From [Ruminococcus] torques (GTDB taxonomy: Bacteria; Bacillota; Clostridia; Oscillospirales; Acutalibacteraceae), in NCBI GenBank assembly GCA_963630035.1, contig CAVGLE010000001.1, positions 1 through 55,706 of the forward strand: a stretch of 55,706 nucleotides of DNA. Direction: 5' to 3'. The translations under genes were made by a program, and so were the position numbers. Below are positions 38,894 through 50,031 of this stretch, one piece after another. How positions within the stretch are numbered: the stretch's first letter is position 1; each line of letters opens with the position of its first letter. Below the pieces are notes generated by a model that saw only the letters and a list, made by a program, of their open reading frames with translations, was not told where the DNA came from and made no database searches.

Positions 38894-39604
38894 ATGAGAA
38901 TTTGTTTTGAAAATAAGTCCGATGAAACAACGGCGGTTTTGAGTATTGATAATAAGATTGAAAATATTATGCCCGAGTCAAGATTTGAATGTGAAATCAG
39001 TGGTGATTCTGTCACTTTTTTTGTTGTTTACGCCAGAGATTTTACTTTTAATTCGGGGGAAAAACAAAGCAAACTTTCTAAAATATTTTTTGATGACATA
39101 GGTGACTTGATAGTTCAAATAAAAAATACATACAAAGTCGGCAATCTTTCCGACGGAGATATAATTGAACTTTATGAAAAAGCGCATTATGTTCCGACTA
39201 CAAAGCGCGAGGCATTATATAAGTGCATTCCTGCGCTATATTATTTTGGACAAGCCGAATGCGAAAAGGCTCAAATCAGTGTGGAAAATTCCGTTGTATT
39301 AAACCGCGAAAAATTTATTAAATCATATAAAGCATTTTTCAGAGTTATGAACCTTTCCGGATGGTTTAGAATTTTGAAATATTCAAAGCAAATGAAAAGG
39401 CAAAAGAAAATTTGCTCCGACAAAACGGTTACCGCAAAGTTTCGCGAGTTGTATGCCATGTCTACAGAGGACAGGGCGTATCAATTCAAGCCTTTATTAG
39501 TCATTTTTGACAGAATAATCGAAGGAGTTTTGGGCAAATTCCCCAAAAGAATCCGAGCAAAACTCAGCGGAAAAATAGAAGAAATCAGAGATTTGTTTAA
39601 ATAA
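38894..39604 (+). CDS. Hypothetical protein
   Basis: 236-aa ORF with AGGAG RBS; AT-rich; no recognised motif. Confidence 0.7.
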   Translation: MRICFENKSDETTAVLSIDNKIENIMPESRFECEISGDSVTFFVVYARDFTFNSGEKQSKLSKIFFDDIGDLIVQIKNTYKVGNLSDGDIIELYEKAHYVPTTKREALYKCIPALYYFGQAECEKAQISVENSVVLNREKFIKSYKAFFRVMNLSGWFRILKYSKQMKRQKKICSDKTVTAKFRELYAMSTEDRAYQFKPLLVIFDRIIEGVLGKFPKRIRAKLSGKIEEIRDLFK

Positions 39605-39654
39605 AAATGCGGCGCACATATCACGAAATAAATGTACCACCGCAAAATAAGCAA

Positions 39655-39695
39655 AATAAAACCACGCAGTGTGTTCGCACTGCGTGGTTTGTTAT
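39655..39695. terminator. Bidirectional terminator
   Basis: AAACCACGCAGTG/CACTGCGTGGTTT between convergent genes. Confidence 0.85.
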
Positions 39696-39705
39696 TGCTT
39701 TGAAA

Positions 39706-40746
<1,041 letters not shown>

Positions 40747-40770
40747 TTATTGATTTTTGCAAGCCGCCGC

Positions 40771-40841
40771 GTTGTCCGATGACTTGCTGAATTTGTTTAC
40801 AATTGACATTATATAGCGCAAGTTGTCTTATGTCAATAGCA
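40771..40841 (-). promoter_or_regulatory. ilvC promoter with two candidate FadR-type operator copies
   Basis: - strand TTGACA-N17-TATAAT (40836-40808); GTTGTCCGATGAC (40771) and GTTGTCTTATGTC (40822). Confidence 0.6.
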
Positions 40842-40861
40842 AATTTGAAATTTTTGATTTT

Positions 40862-41515
40862 TTATAATCCTTCCATTGCGTGAATTATGTGCAAACGCAT
40901 TGCCGTGCGCGCTCCGTCGGCGTTTCTTTGCTTCAAAAAATCCATAATCAGTCTGTCGTCGTTCAGGTTGTCTTTGTTGACATCTTGATTTTTTTGCATA
41001 ACGATTACACCCTTTTTGATTGCATTGAAAATAACCGGCATAAACTGCTTTACAAATGAATTGTGTGTGGCGTTTGCGATGCTTTCGTGGAACTTCTGCT
41101 CCTCATATGTTCTGTCCTCGCCGCTGAGTATCTTTTTCTCAATCGCTTCGCCGTATTTGCATATGGTTTCAATCTCGTCGTCGGTTGCCCTCAAAGCCGC
41201 ATAATAAGCGCAATCCGGCTCAAACATAAGCCTCATTTCAAACAAATCGTCAAGCCCCGATGATATTTCGGCAATGTCGCTTGATTCGATGATTGTGTTT
41301 GCTGTCACAAAGGTGCCCTTGCCGCGTTTTATTTCAAGCATTCCGCTTGCGGTCAGCGTTCTGATTGCCTCGCGCAGAGTCGAACGGCTCACACCGAGCT
41401 GCGACGCAAAATCGTTTTCGTTCGGCAGTTTGTCGCCGACCGTAAAATTGCCGCCCTCTATCATTGACTTTATTTTTTGTGCCGTGCTGTCGGCAAGTCT
41501 GCTCTTTTTTGTCAT
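40862..41515 (-). CDS. GntR-family, FadR-subfamily regulator
   Basis: GDKLPNE, LGVSRSTLREA, GKGTFV wHTH; FCD domain (EMRLMFE, FHESIA.ATHN, MRLHI). Confidence 0.93.
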   Translation of the reverse strand: MTKKSRLADSTAQKIKSMIEGGNFTVGDKLPNENDFASQLGVSRSTLREAIRTLTASGMLEIKRGKGTFVTANTIIESSDIAEISSGLDDLFEMRLMFEPDCAYYAALRATDDEIETICKYGEAIEKKILSGEDRTYEEQKFHESIANATHNSFVKQFMPVIFNAIKKGVIVMQKNQDVNKDNLNDDRLIMDFLKQRNADGARTAMRLHIIHAMEGL

Positions 41516-41562
41516 TATTTTGCCTTTCAAGTTGAAAAAAGTTCTTGTTTCTCTTGTTAAAT

Positions 41563-41614
41563 ATCATATCACACCAAACATACAAAGTCAATGCGTTGTC
41601 GGACATCTTACAAC
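41563..41614 (-). promoter_or_regulatory. Promoter of the FadR-type gene with upstream palindromic operator
   Basis: - strand TTGACT-N17-TATGAT; imperfect palindrome GTTGTCGGACATCTTACAAC 41595-41614. Confidence 0.65.
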
Positions 41615-41743
41615 AGATTGATGGTTTTTTTCGCATTACGGTTTTCAATATTGTGCATATTAATCAAATTTTGCCTATCAACTTGTAAAATGGTATAGAA
41701 TGTTATAAAATTAAAGCATAATAAAAAGGAAAGTATATGTATT

Positions 41744-42976
41744 ATGAAAAAAGCAACAAAAATTAAATATTATATCGAATCGTTATGTATCTATGATTTT
41801 AAACAGGACAGCGTTATAAGTGCACTGCTCAATTTGCTGAATTCGCTCGACAGCGAGGAGGTGCTCGAAAAGCAGGCTGAGTTTTTCAATACCCTTTCTA
41901 CTCACGAGTCGCTTAAGCACTATGTTTCAAAGCTTATTTTGACTGCCGACAATGTTTTTACAAAAACAGCCGCCGCAGGCAATGCCGACAAACTCGAAAA
42001 AAGCATTATTGACGGTGTTCAAAGTGATTTGAAAAAACTTGAGGACATTGCATCAATCACACCGGAAGATATTCTCACCGCAGTAGAAAACAACGATATT
42101 CGTGAAGTTTTGTGGACAATGCCTCGCTGGGCAACCGGCACCGCAATGCTTCCGCTCACCCATGATTGGTCGGAGCAGATCGAACAGCTTACGGCGTTTC
42201 ACAAATCAAACGGATACGGTATGTATGCAAAATATGCCGCTTTTTCGTGGAGAGATCAAAAACTTTCTCCGATTACAACGCTCGACCCGATTAAACTTAC
42301 AGATTTAAAGAATTACGAAAAACAGAGAAAGCAGGTGCTTGACAATACGATTGCATTTCTTGACGGCTATCCGTCAAATAATGTTTTGCTTTACGGCGAC
42401 AGGGGCACCGGCAAAAGTTCAACCATTCACGCGATCTTGAACGAATACAGAAACAGCGGGCTCAGAATGATTGAAATTTCAAAAGGTGATATTAACGACC
42501 TTACCGTTATAAGAGAACTTATCGGCGACAGTCCGATGAAATTTATTATTTATATTGATGATTTAAGCTTTGATTCGCACGATGATTCGTTCGGCGAGCT
42601 TAAAGCGGCACTCGAGGGCTCTCTTTCGGGCAGACAAAACAATACCATTATATATGCCACATCAAACCGCAGGCATTTAATCAAAGAGAATTTTTCCGAC
42701 AGAGAAAACGATGTCAACAGAAGCGACACATTGCAGGAGGAGCTTTCGCTCTCCGACAGATTCGGTTTGTCCGTAACATTTATGAACCCCGACAAAAAGG
42801 ATTATCTCGACATTGCCGAAAAAATTGCCGTTGACAGAGGACTTGATGTCGATATGGACAAGTTCCTCGAGGCGGCAGACCAATGGGCAAGGCGCCGCGG
42901 CGGCAGATCGCCGAGATGCGCAAAGCAGTTTATTGATTATGTCGAGGGCTGTATAAAAAGAGGAATTGAATGGTAA
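41744..42976 (+). CDS. DUF815-family AAA+ ATPase
   Basis: NNVLLYGDRGTGKSS, IYIDDLSF, YATSNRRHL, SLSDRFGL, GRSPR. Confidence 0.88.
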   Translation: MKKATKIKYYIESLCIYDFKQDSVISALLNLLNSLDSEEVLEKQAEFFNTLSTHESLKHYVSKLILTADNVFTKTAAAGNADKLEKSIIDGVQSDLKKLEDIASITPEDILTAVENNDIREVLWTMPRWATGTAMLPLTHDWSEQIEQLTAFHKSNGYGMYAKYAAFSWRDQKLSPITTLDPIKLTDLKNYEKQRKQVLDNTIAFLDGYPSNNVLLYGDRGTGKSSTIHAILNEYRNSGLRMIEISKGDINDLTVIRELIGDSPMKFIIYIDDLSFDSHDDSFGELKAALEGSLSGRQNNTIIYATSNRRHLIKENFSDRENDVNRSDTLQEELSLSDRFGLSVTFMNPDKKDYLDIAEKIAVDRGLDVDMDKFLEAADQWARRRGGRSPRCAKQFIDYVEGCIKRGIEW

Positions 42977-43106
42977 AAAAATAAACAATTTCTATTAACC
43001 GAATGTTCAAAATTTTAAAATTTTGTTTACCCAAAATACAAATTATGAACAAAAACAAATGGTAATATGCTAACAATGACAAAGGTCATTGAGAAAGGAC
43101 GAAACT

Positions 43107-43802
43107 ATGGCTAATAAAATTCTTGTAGTGGATGACGACCTTAACATCTGCGAACTTTTAAAACTTTATCTTGAAAACGAGGGCTACACCGTTTTCACCG
43201 CAAACGACGGACAAGAGGCTGTTAATACATTTCAGGCAAAATCGCCCGATTTGGTTTTGCTTGATATTATGCTTCCGAAAATGGACGGATGGCAGGTTTG
43301 CCGTGAAATCCGAAAAACATCATCGGCGCCGATTATTATGCTCACCGCAAAGGGCGAAACTTTTGACAAGGTGCTCGGTCTTGAGCTTGGTGCAGACGAC
43401 TATGTAGTTAAGCCGTTTGACGCAAAAGAGGTTATGGCGCGCGTTAAGGCTGTTCTCAGAAGAACAAAGGGCGACTCCGAAAATCAGGATAATCAAAAGA
43501 AAATCGTTGTATATGATAATCTTGAAATCAATATCACAAATTACGAAATGAAGGTAAAGGGTGTTCCTGTTGACACGCCGCCAAAAGAACTTGAACTTAT
43601 CTATCACTTTGCATCAAATCCAAACAGGGTTTACACCCGCGATCAACTTCTTGATGAGGTTTGGGGATTTGATTACTACGGCGACTCGAGAACGGTTGAT
43701 GTTCATGTTAAAAGGCTTCGTGAAAAACTTGAGGGCGTTTCGGACAAATGGGCGCTCAAAACAGTTTGGGGCGTAGGCTATAAGTTTGAAACCAAGGAAT
43801 AA
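43107..43802 (+). CDS. OmpR/PhoB-family response regulator
   Basis: VDDD, LDIMLP, MLTAK, GADDYVVKPF, RTVDVHVKRLR, TVWGVGY; AAAGGA RBS. Confidence 0.95.
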   Translation: MANKILVVDDDLNICELLKLYLENEGYTVFTANDGQEAVNTFQAKSPDLVLLDIMLPKMDGWQVCREIRKTSSAPIIMLTAKGETFDKVLGLELGADDYVVKPFDAKEVMARVKAVLRRTKGDSENQDNQKKIVVYDNLEINITNYEMKVKGVPVDTPPKELELIYHFASNPNRVYTRDQLLDEVWGFDYYGDSRTVDVHVKRLREKLEGVSDKWALKTVWGVGYKFETKE

Positions 43803-43818
43803 ACAAAGGGACTTTTCA

Positions 43819-45327
43819 ATGACTGCACCTAAAAAACCGAAAGCAAGGCGTCAGAATATATTTTTTAAATATTTCGTGCTGTTTTCGTCAATTTTCCTTG
43901 TTATATTTATGGCCTTGGGCACAACTCTCATTGTGCTTGTCAACACATATTCGCTAAACGAAAAAACACAACTGCTTGAGGAAAACACAAAAAGCATTGC
44001 AAACAACATTTCATCTACGCTGATAGTAAACAATATGAACAGCCGTTATTCATCGGAAAAAGCGGCCGTTTGCGAGTCAATGAAGTTTGTTTCAAACTGT
44101 ATTGATGCAGATATATTTGTTTGCGACACGGGAGGTCAGGTTATCCTTTGTAAAGAGCAAACGGGCCTTACCGGTTATTATTCGCAAACCATGACATGTT
44201 CCAGGCACAGCCGCTATCAAATCGGAGACAGTCTTATCCAAAGTGTTTACGAAAACAAAACGGCTGTTACGCGAACCGTGATAAATGGAGAGCAATGCTA
44301 TGTTGTGGGCACGGCGATAACCGCACCGTCATATGACGAAGACGGCGAAAGCTCAACCCGCATTATCGGTTCTGTTTTTGCAATAGTTGCGGCAGGAACA
44401 ACGGATCTTGTTCACAATGTTATCAAAGCATTTTTCCTTGCAAGCCTCGTTTGTCTTATCGTAGGCTTTGCGGCAATGTGGATTTTGACAAGGCAAATGA
44501 TTAAACCGCTTCAACAAATGAGCGCGGCGGCGAAAAGATTTGCCGTCGGTGATTTTTCATACAGAGTTAAGGTTCGCGGAAATGACGAATTGAGCGATCT
44601 CGGAAATGCATTCAACGAGATGGCAAATGCACTTGATAAGCTTGAAAACTCGCGCCGTTCGTTTGTTGCAAATGTTTCGCACGAGTTAAAGACGCCTATG
44701 ACATCGATTGCCGGATTTATTGACGGCATACTTGACGGAACAATTCCGAAATCAAAGCAGGATTATTATTTAAAAATCGTAAGCGACGAAGTAAGACGAC
44801 TTTCGCGCCTCGTTGTTGCTATGCTTAATATGAGCAAGATTGAATCCGGCGATTTCGAGATGAAACCTAAAAATTATAATATATCAGACCAAATTATCCA
44901 TATTCTGCTTACCTTTGAGCAAAAGATAGAAAAGAAAAATATCGAAATCAGAGGGCTTGAAAATCTCAAACCGCATAAAGTGCATGCAGATACGGATATG
45001 ATTTATCAGGTTATTTACAACCTGTTTGACAATGCCGTTAAATTTACAAATGAAAACGGCTATATTGAGGTTAATGTCACCGAACACAGCGCTTATGTCG
45101 AGGTAAGCATCAAAAACAGCGGCGAGGGCATTAACGCCGACGAACTTTCAAGAGTGTTTGAAAGATTTTATAAGGTTGACAAGTCAAGAAGCCTTGACGC
45201 AAAAGGCGCAGGCCTCGGACTTTATTTAGTAAAAATGATGGTTGAAATGCACGGCGGCAAAATTGTTGCCCGCTCAGACAGCAAAACGCAGGCCGAATTT
45301 GTATTCACCCTTCCAAAGGGCAGATAA
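43819..45327 (+). CDS. Sensor histidine kinase (2 TM, HAMP, HisKA, HATPase); start uncertain (43786 or 43819)
   Basis: SHELKTPM, NLFDNAVKF, NSGEGI, FERFYK, GAGLGL. Confidence 0.93.
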   Translation: MTAPKKPKARRQNIFFKYFVLFSSIFLVIFMALGTTLIVLVNTYSLNEKTQLLEENTKSIANNISSTLIVNNMNSRYSSEKAAVCESMKFVSNCIDADIFVCDTGGQVILCKEQTGLTGYYSQTMTCSRHSRYQIGDSLIQSVYENKTAVTRTVINGEQCYVVGTAITAPSYDEDGESSTRIIGSVFAIVAAGTTDLVHNVIKAFFLASLVCLIVGFAAMWILTRQMIKPLQQMSAAAKRFAVGDFSYRVKVRGNDELSDLGNAFNEMANALDKLENSRRSFVANVSHELKTPMTSIAGFIDGILDGTIPKSKQDYYLKIVSDEVRRLSRLVVAMLNMSKIESGDFEMKPKNYNISDQIIHILLTFEQKIEKKNIEIRGLENLKPHKVHADTDMIYQVIYNLFDNAVKFTNENGYIEVNVTEHSAYVEVSIKNSGEGINADELSRVFERFYKVDKSRSLDAKGAGLGLYLVKMMVEMHGGKIVARSDSKTQAEFVFTLPKGR

Positions 45328-45351
45328 CTATCAGAAAAGGAGATAATATAA

Positions 45352-46887
45352 ATGGATGACTTTTTCAATAATCAAAACAATGCCAATGCCGCAGGCGGCA
45401 ATGACGATACAAACAAAAATGTCGGTTTCACACCGATAACACCTGTAGAATCACAACCGATTTCTGCTCCCGACGAGCCTCAGGTTATTCATGCAGAGCC
45501 GGTCGGTACGGCACCGCAACAAAATCAATACAATGCTCCGTCACAAAACAACGGCTACTTTGTCGGTCAGTACGACAGTGCGGTTAATCAGCCGCAGTAT
45601 ACCGTTTTTGCAGACACACCGACAGATGCAAAAAAGGGCAAAAACGAGAAGAAAAAAGATAAGAAAAAGGGCAACGGCGGCAAAAAGGCTGTTGCAATAA
45701 TTCTTATCATCGCAATTGTCGCAGCCGGTCTTTTCGGTTATCTGTTTTTCAGCGGCAAGAGTATTGATTCAATTACAGGCGGCTCGTCAGCAAGCGAAAA
45801 CGCAACTCAGGGCACAAACGCAGGCGAAGCATCGGCAAAAGTTGCCGACAGTGAAAAAACAGCGGAAAAATCAAGCGACGGAACACTTACCGTTGCGGGA
45901 GTTGTTAAAAAGACAATTGATTCCTGCGTAGGTATCAGCGTTTACACAAACCAAAACTCGTTTGACTACTTTAACAGCTACGGTTCATCAAATTCGGGCA
46001 GCACCGAGTCGGGCGAGGGCTCAGGCGTTATTATGAGCGAGAGCAACGGCAAAACATATATCATGACTTGTGCCCATGTTATCGCTGACGGCTCAACTTT
46101 TAAGGTAACAACAAACGATGACAAAGAATATGACGCAACAATGGTCGGGTACGACAGCCAAACGGATATAGGCGTGCTTTCAATCAACGCAACGGGCTTG
46201 CAGGCTGCAACATTTGCAAAGAGCGAAAGCGTAACCGTAGGCGAGCAGGTAGTTGCTATCGGTTGTCCCGGTGGACTTGAATTTAAAAACAGCGTTACAA
46301 CAGGCATTGTATCTGCACTTGAGGTTCCTGTTTCATCATCAATCGGCTATAACAATCAGTGTATTCAAACAGATACAGCCATCAACCCGGGCAACTCTGG
46401 CGGCGCACTCTTCAATATGCAGGGTCAAATCATCGGCATCAACTCGTCAAAAATCGCTTCAACCGATTATGAGGGTATGGGCTTTGCCGTTCCGTCAGAT
46501 ACTGCAATTTCAACCGCCGAATCGCTTATAGCAAACGGTTATGTTGCCGGCAGAGCAAAACTTGGCATTGAATATGTAGCACTTGAAAACTACAATAACG
46601 CAAGCTCAATTATGTCCGCTCTTGAATCAAAGGGCTACAAGGACGCAAAGGGCACGATTGTTATTCAGTCCGTAAGCAGTGAATCAAATCTTAAAAACAG
46701 CGATGTTAAACAATATGATATGATTGTTGCCGTAAACGGAACAACAATGACCTCGGTCGATGTTTTGACAAGTGCATTGTCAAAATCAAAACCGGGTGAC
46801 ACAATTAAGCTTACTGTTGCAAGGATTGAAAATAACCAGATCAAGACATTTGATGTCAACTGCAAACTTATTGAAAGCAAAAGTTAA
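45352..46887 (+). CDS. htrA: Membrane-anchored HtrA/DegP serine protease with PDZ domain
   Basis: One TM; GSGVI, TCAHV, TDIGV, IQTDTAINPGNSGG catalytic triad; C-terminal PDZ. Confidence 0.93.
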   Translation: MDDFFNNQNNANAAGGNDDTNKNVGFTPITPVESQPISAPDEPQVIHAEPVGTAPQQNQYNAPSQNNGYFVGQYDSAVNQPQYTVFADTPTDAKKGKNEKKKDKKKGNGGKKAVAIILIIAIVAAGLFGYLFFSGKSIDSITGGSSASENATQGTNAGEASAKVADSEKTAEKSSDGTLTVAGVVKKTIDSCVGISVYTNQNSFDYFNSYGSSNSGSTESGEGSGVIMSESNGKTYIMTCAHVIADGSTFKVTTNDDKEYDATMVGYDSQTDIGVLSINATGLQAATFAKSESVTVGEQVVAIGCPGGLEFKNSVTTGIVSALEVPVSSSIGYNNQCIQTDTAINPGNSGGALFNMQGQIIGINSSKIASTDYEGMGFAVPSDTAISTAESLIANGYVAGRAKLGIEYVALENYNNASSIMSALESKGYKDAKGTIVIQSVSSESNLKNSDVKQYDMIVAVNGTTMTSVDVLTSALSKSKPGDTIKLTVARIENNQIKTFDVNCKLIESKS

Positions 46888-46897
46888 TCTTAAACGA

Positions 46898-46945
46898 TAA
46901 GCAACCGGCTGCCTCACGATTTTTGTGAGACAGCCGGTTTTGCTT
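46898..46945. terminator. Bidirectional terminator
   Basis: AACCGGCTG.CTCAC/GTGAG.CAGCCGGTT between convergent genes. Confidence 0.8.
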
Positions 46946-46963
46946 TGTTCTGCAATGTAATTT

Positions 46964-47761
46964 TTACTTTAATATAAAGGATATATATGCATTTTCAACT
47001 GTTGTCGAAAATTCTATTTTGCTCAAATCTTTTGATGTTTCGTAATCCGCACTTTTTCTGTGCGTCACAAATCGGTAAGGAATTTTTTTGCTATCAAGTA
47101 ATGCCAAGGCATCCTTTACACCGTTCGGCACAGTTGCGCTGTGATACATTGTGAAAATTACGCCGTCGGCTTTTACAAAGTTGTAATTTTCAGTGTCAAA
47201 TCCGGGATATACTTTTACAATCAATATGTTTTTGTCGGTAATGATTTTTTTGCCGAGCGGATTCGAAACCGGCAACACTGCACAAAATTTATCCTCGACA
47301 TCGGCACCTGTGATTGCAAGTGAGTTAAAAATGCCGTCATAAACGGTCATCGGATGTGATATTATTTTGCTTTTGATTAATTCAACAGCGGTTTTAAAAT
47401 TATTGACTCCGTTGCTGTTTTTGTCCTCAAGCGGTTTGTCGGCGGCAACAAGAATAATTTTTTCGTTTGGGTATGCGTTACCTATAAGTGCCGATGTATA
47501 TGACAGTGTATCACTGCCGTGCAGAATAATCACGCCGTCATATTGTGCGATTTTTGCACCGTCAATACAGGCAATTAATTTTTTCCAAAGTGCAGTGTTG
47601 ATATTTTCACTCAAAACGGCAAAAGGCGAAAGCGTTGAAAATTCAACGCCTCCGTCATTAACATAATCAAGAATTTTAAAACTGTTTTTGTCAAGCGAAA
47701 TGCTGTCGGCCTTAACCGAGCCGATAGTTCCGCCGAGTGCGATAACAAGTATTTTTGTCAT
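46964..47761 (-). CDS. Short asparaginase-domain protein
   Basis: ALGGTIG and LHGSDT resemble asparaginase TGGTI and HGTDT; only 265 aa. Confidence 0.7.
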   Translation of the reverse strand: MTKILVIALGGTIGSVKADSISLDKNSFKILDYVNDGGVEFSTLSPFAVLSENINTALWKKLIACIDGAKIAQYDGVIILHGSDTLSYTSALIGNAYPNEKIILVAADKPLEDKNSNGVNNFKTAVELIKSKIISHPMTVYDGIFNSLAITGADVEDKFCAVLPVSNPLGKKIITDKNILIVKVYPGFDTENYNFVKADGVIFTMYHSATVPNGVKDALALLDSKKIPYRFVTHRKSADYETSKDLSKIEFSTTVENAYISFILK

Positions 47762-47772
47762 AAAACCATCCG

Positions 47773-49860
47773 TTATTTAATTTTTCCGTTTTCAAATTCA
47801 ATATTCAAAATTTTGCCACCGTGAAGTTTAATGCCTTTTGCATATCCGCTCCACTCTTTCGGAATTGCGCCGTTTTTGAGCAGTTCCGCAATGCCTGCCG
47901 CAACGCCGAAGTTGCCGTCAATCTGAAACGGCGGGTGTGCGTCAAACATATTGGGATAACTGCCGCCGTGTCTGCCGTGCTTGATTCTCGGCGAAATGGG
48001 TGAAAGCTGATTTTTGATTAATGTCAGCGCATTGTCTGCGTTTTTAAGCCTTGCCCAAAGACAAACTTTCCATCCGAGTGACCAACCCGTGCCGCCGAAA
48101 CCGCGCTTTAACAGCGATTTTTCAGCCGCCGCGTTGATTTCGTCGCTTTGCTCTATTGCCGACGGATAAACGCAGTAAAGGTGGCTCACATGTCTGTGTT
48201 CAACCTCGCTTTCGCCGTATTCCTCCGCCCATTCGTTTATTCTGCCGTCACTGCCGATTGGAATAGGCGGCAGTTGCGGTGTTTCAAAGCCGTATTCGCG
48301 GCAAGCGGCAAAAAATTCCTGCAAAATGCCGATATCCATTGTCGGCATATATGTAAGGCACGCCTTTTTGCCGTTATTGTCGATATATGTGTTTTCGGGC
48401 GAAATTGTCGGGCAGGTGACAAGCATTCCGTTGTGTTCAACGAGAAAATCGTTGTAAAAATCAAGCACCTTTTTAAAATACGGCTTCATTTCATTAAACA
48501 ACTTCTCGTCGTTTGTGTATCTGTAATGCTCAAATACCTGACTGAGCATCCAAGGCAATGTGCTTTGCCAGCATGCGTATGATTCGGCATTTGTTTTGCC
48601 CAACGGGTCTCCGGCAGGATAGCTTGCGCCCCAAATATCGCTGTTGTGGTGCGCGCACGAGCCTGAACAGTTATAATAATTCTTTGCGGTCACTTCGCCG
48701 TTGTCAACAAGTTTTTTGACAAGTTCGACAAACGGCTCAAAGCATTCCGAAAGGTTGCAAATATCGGTGCACCAATAGTTCATTTCGGTGTTTATGTTCA
48801 GTGTGTAACTTGATGACCACGGCGCGCGAATGTGCGGATTGAAAATTCCCTGCAATGTCATTGCACTTGTACCGGGGCGTGACGATGATATTGTCAAATA
48901 TCTGCCGTATTGGAACAAAAGCGCAATAAGATTATTGTCATCTGTGCCTTTTTTGAAATCTTTAAGCCTTTTGTTTGTCGGAACATCGGCTCTTTCACTG
49001 CCGAAATCGACAGCTACTCTGTCAAACAGTGCCGAAAAATCATTTTTGTGCTCGTCAAGGAGCGATTCGTATGATTTTATGTTTTTAAAATATGCCGTTG
49101 CACGCTCCTTTGCATTTGCCGTCGGCATTGACTTGCTGTCAACAAATCCCGTTGCAAGGGAAATGAGGAGGGTGGTTTCCGTCTGATTTTCAACGGCGAT
49201 TTCACTGTCGTTGAACTTTGCTGTGCCGAGCACCTTTACGGCGCCGCAAAAACTCATTGCGCCCTTGCCGTAATCAAATACCGTGCCGGTGTTATAATAC
49301 GGCGGCATACAAATTTCGGGCGCGTTGCCCTCCATATAAAGGCAGTCCTCCTCGGTGTAGGAGCGGTGATTGAGCTTGCTCGACAGTTTAACCTTAAAAC
49401 TTATCGGGTGTTCACTCTTTATGTTTACTACAATCATTTGTGCAGGGTGGCTCACAAAAACTGTTTGCTTAACCTTTGAATTTTGAGCAACCGCAACACC
49501 CTTTGATATATCGAGAGTGCGGCGATAGTCTTTTGCAAAACTCGTTTTTGAATATTCAATCGTCAAATCGCCGAACGGCAAATAAGCTTCGCTCCAATGA
49601 CCGTGCATATCCTCGTTTGCAATTTTGCTTGCAAGTTCGCGATTGCCGTCAAAAATCGCCTTGCGAATATCGTCAAGATGTTCTGCGGCGTCTTTTTTGT
49701 TTAAATCTTTCGGATAGCCAGACCAAAGCGTGTCCTCGTTAAGCGCGATTCGCTCCGTTTTTAAATTGCCGAAAACCATTGCGCCGAGCCTGCCGTTGCC
49801 GACGGGGAGTGCCTCCTCCCATGCAGACGCTTTTTTCTTATAAAACAAAATGTTTTTCAT
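47773..49860 (-). CDS. GH95 alpha-1,2-L-fucosidase-family glycoside hydrolase, no signal peptide
   Basis: WEEALPVGNGRLGAM, LNEDTLWSG, FQYGRYL, NINTEMNYW, SPEN, HRHVSHLY, HPPFQIDGNFG. Confidence 0.93.
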   Translation of the reverse strand: MKNILFYKKKASAWEEALPVGNGRLGAMVFGNLKTERIALNEDTLWSGYPKDLNKKDAAEHLDDIRKAIFDGNRELASKIANEDMHGHWSEAYLPFGDLTIEYSKTSFAKDYRRTLDISKGVAVAQNSKVKQTVFVSHPAQMIVVNIKSEHPISFKVKLSSKLNHRSYTEEDCLYMEGNAPEICMPPYYNTGTVFDYGKGAMSFCGAVKVLGTAKFNDSEIAVENQTETTLLISLATGFVDSKSMPTANAKERATAYFKNIKSYESLLDEHKNDFSALFDRVAVDFGSERADVPTNKRLKDFKKGTDDNNLIALLFQYGRYLTISSSRPGTSAMTLQGIFNPHIRAPWSSSYTLNINTEMNYWCTDICNLSECFEPFVELVKKLVDNGEVTAKNYYNCSGSCAHHNSDIWGASYPAGDPLGKTNAESYACWQSTLPWMLSQVFEHYRYTNDEKLFNEMKPYFKKVLDFYNDFLVEHNGMLVTCPTISPENTYIDNNGKKACLTYMPTMDIGILQEFFAACREYGFETPQLPPIPIGSDGRINEWAEEYGESEVEHRHVSHLYCVYPSAIEQSDEINAAAEKSLLKRGFGGTGWSLGWKVCLWARLKNADNALTLIKNQLSPISPRIKHGRHGGSYPNMFDAHPPFQIDGNFGVAAGIAELLKNGAIPKEWSGYAKGIKLHGGKILNIEFENGKIK

Positions 49861-49991
49861 AAATTTTACCGTTACCCTTCCGACCGCAGGGGCAAAATCT
49901 CCCTTATATAATCGCGTGGTGCGATTTGCACAGCCTTTACGCTCATTATATCATTAAAAACCGACGCGGTAAACAAAAATTTTAATTACTG

Positions 49992-50020
49992 TTGTTTTTG
50001 TAATTACCTTGTGCTATAAT
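49992..50020 (+). promoter_or_regulatory. Sigma-A promoter of the B12 leader
   Basis: TTGTTT-N17-TATAAT with TG extension. Confidence 0.65.
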
Positions 50021-50031
50021 CGTTTAAAAGT

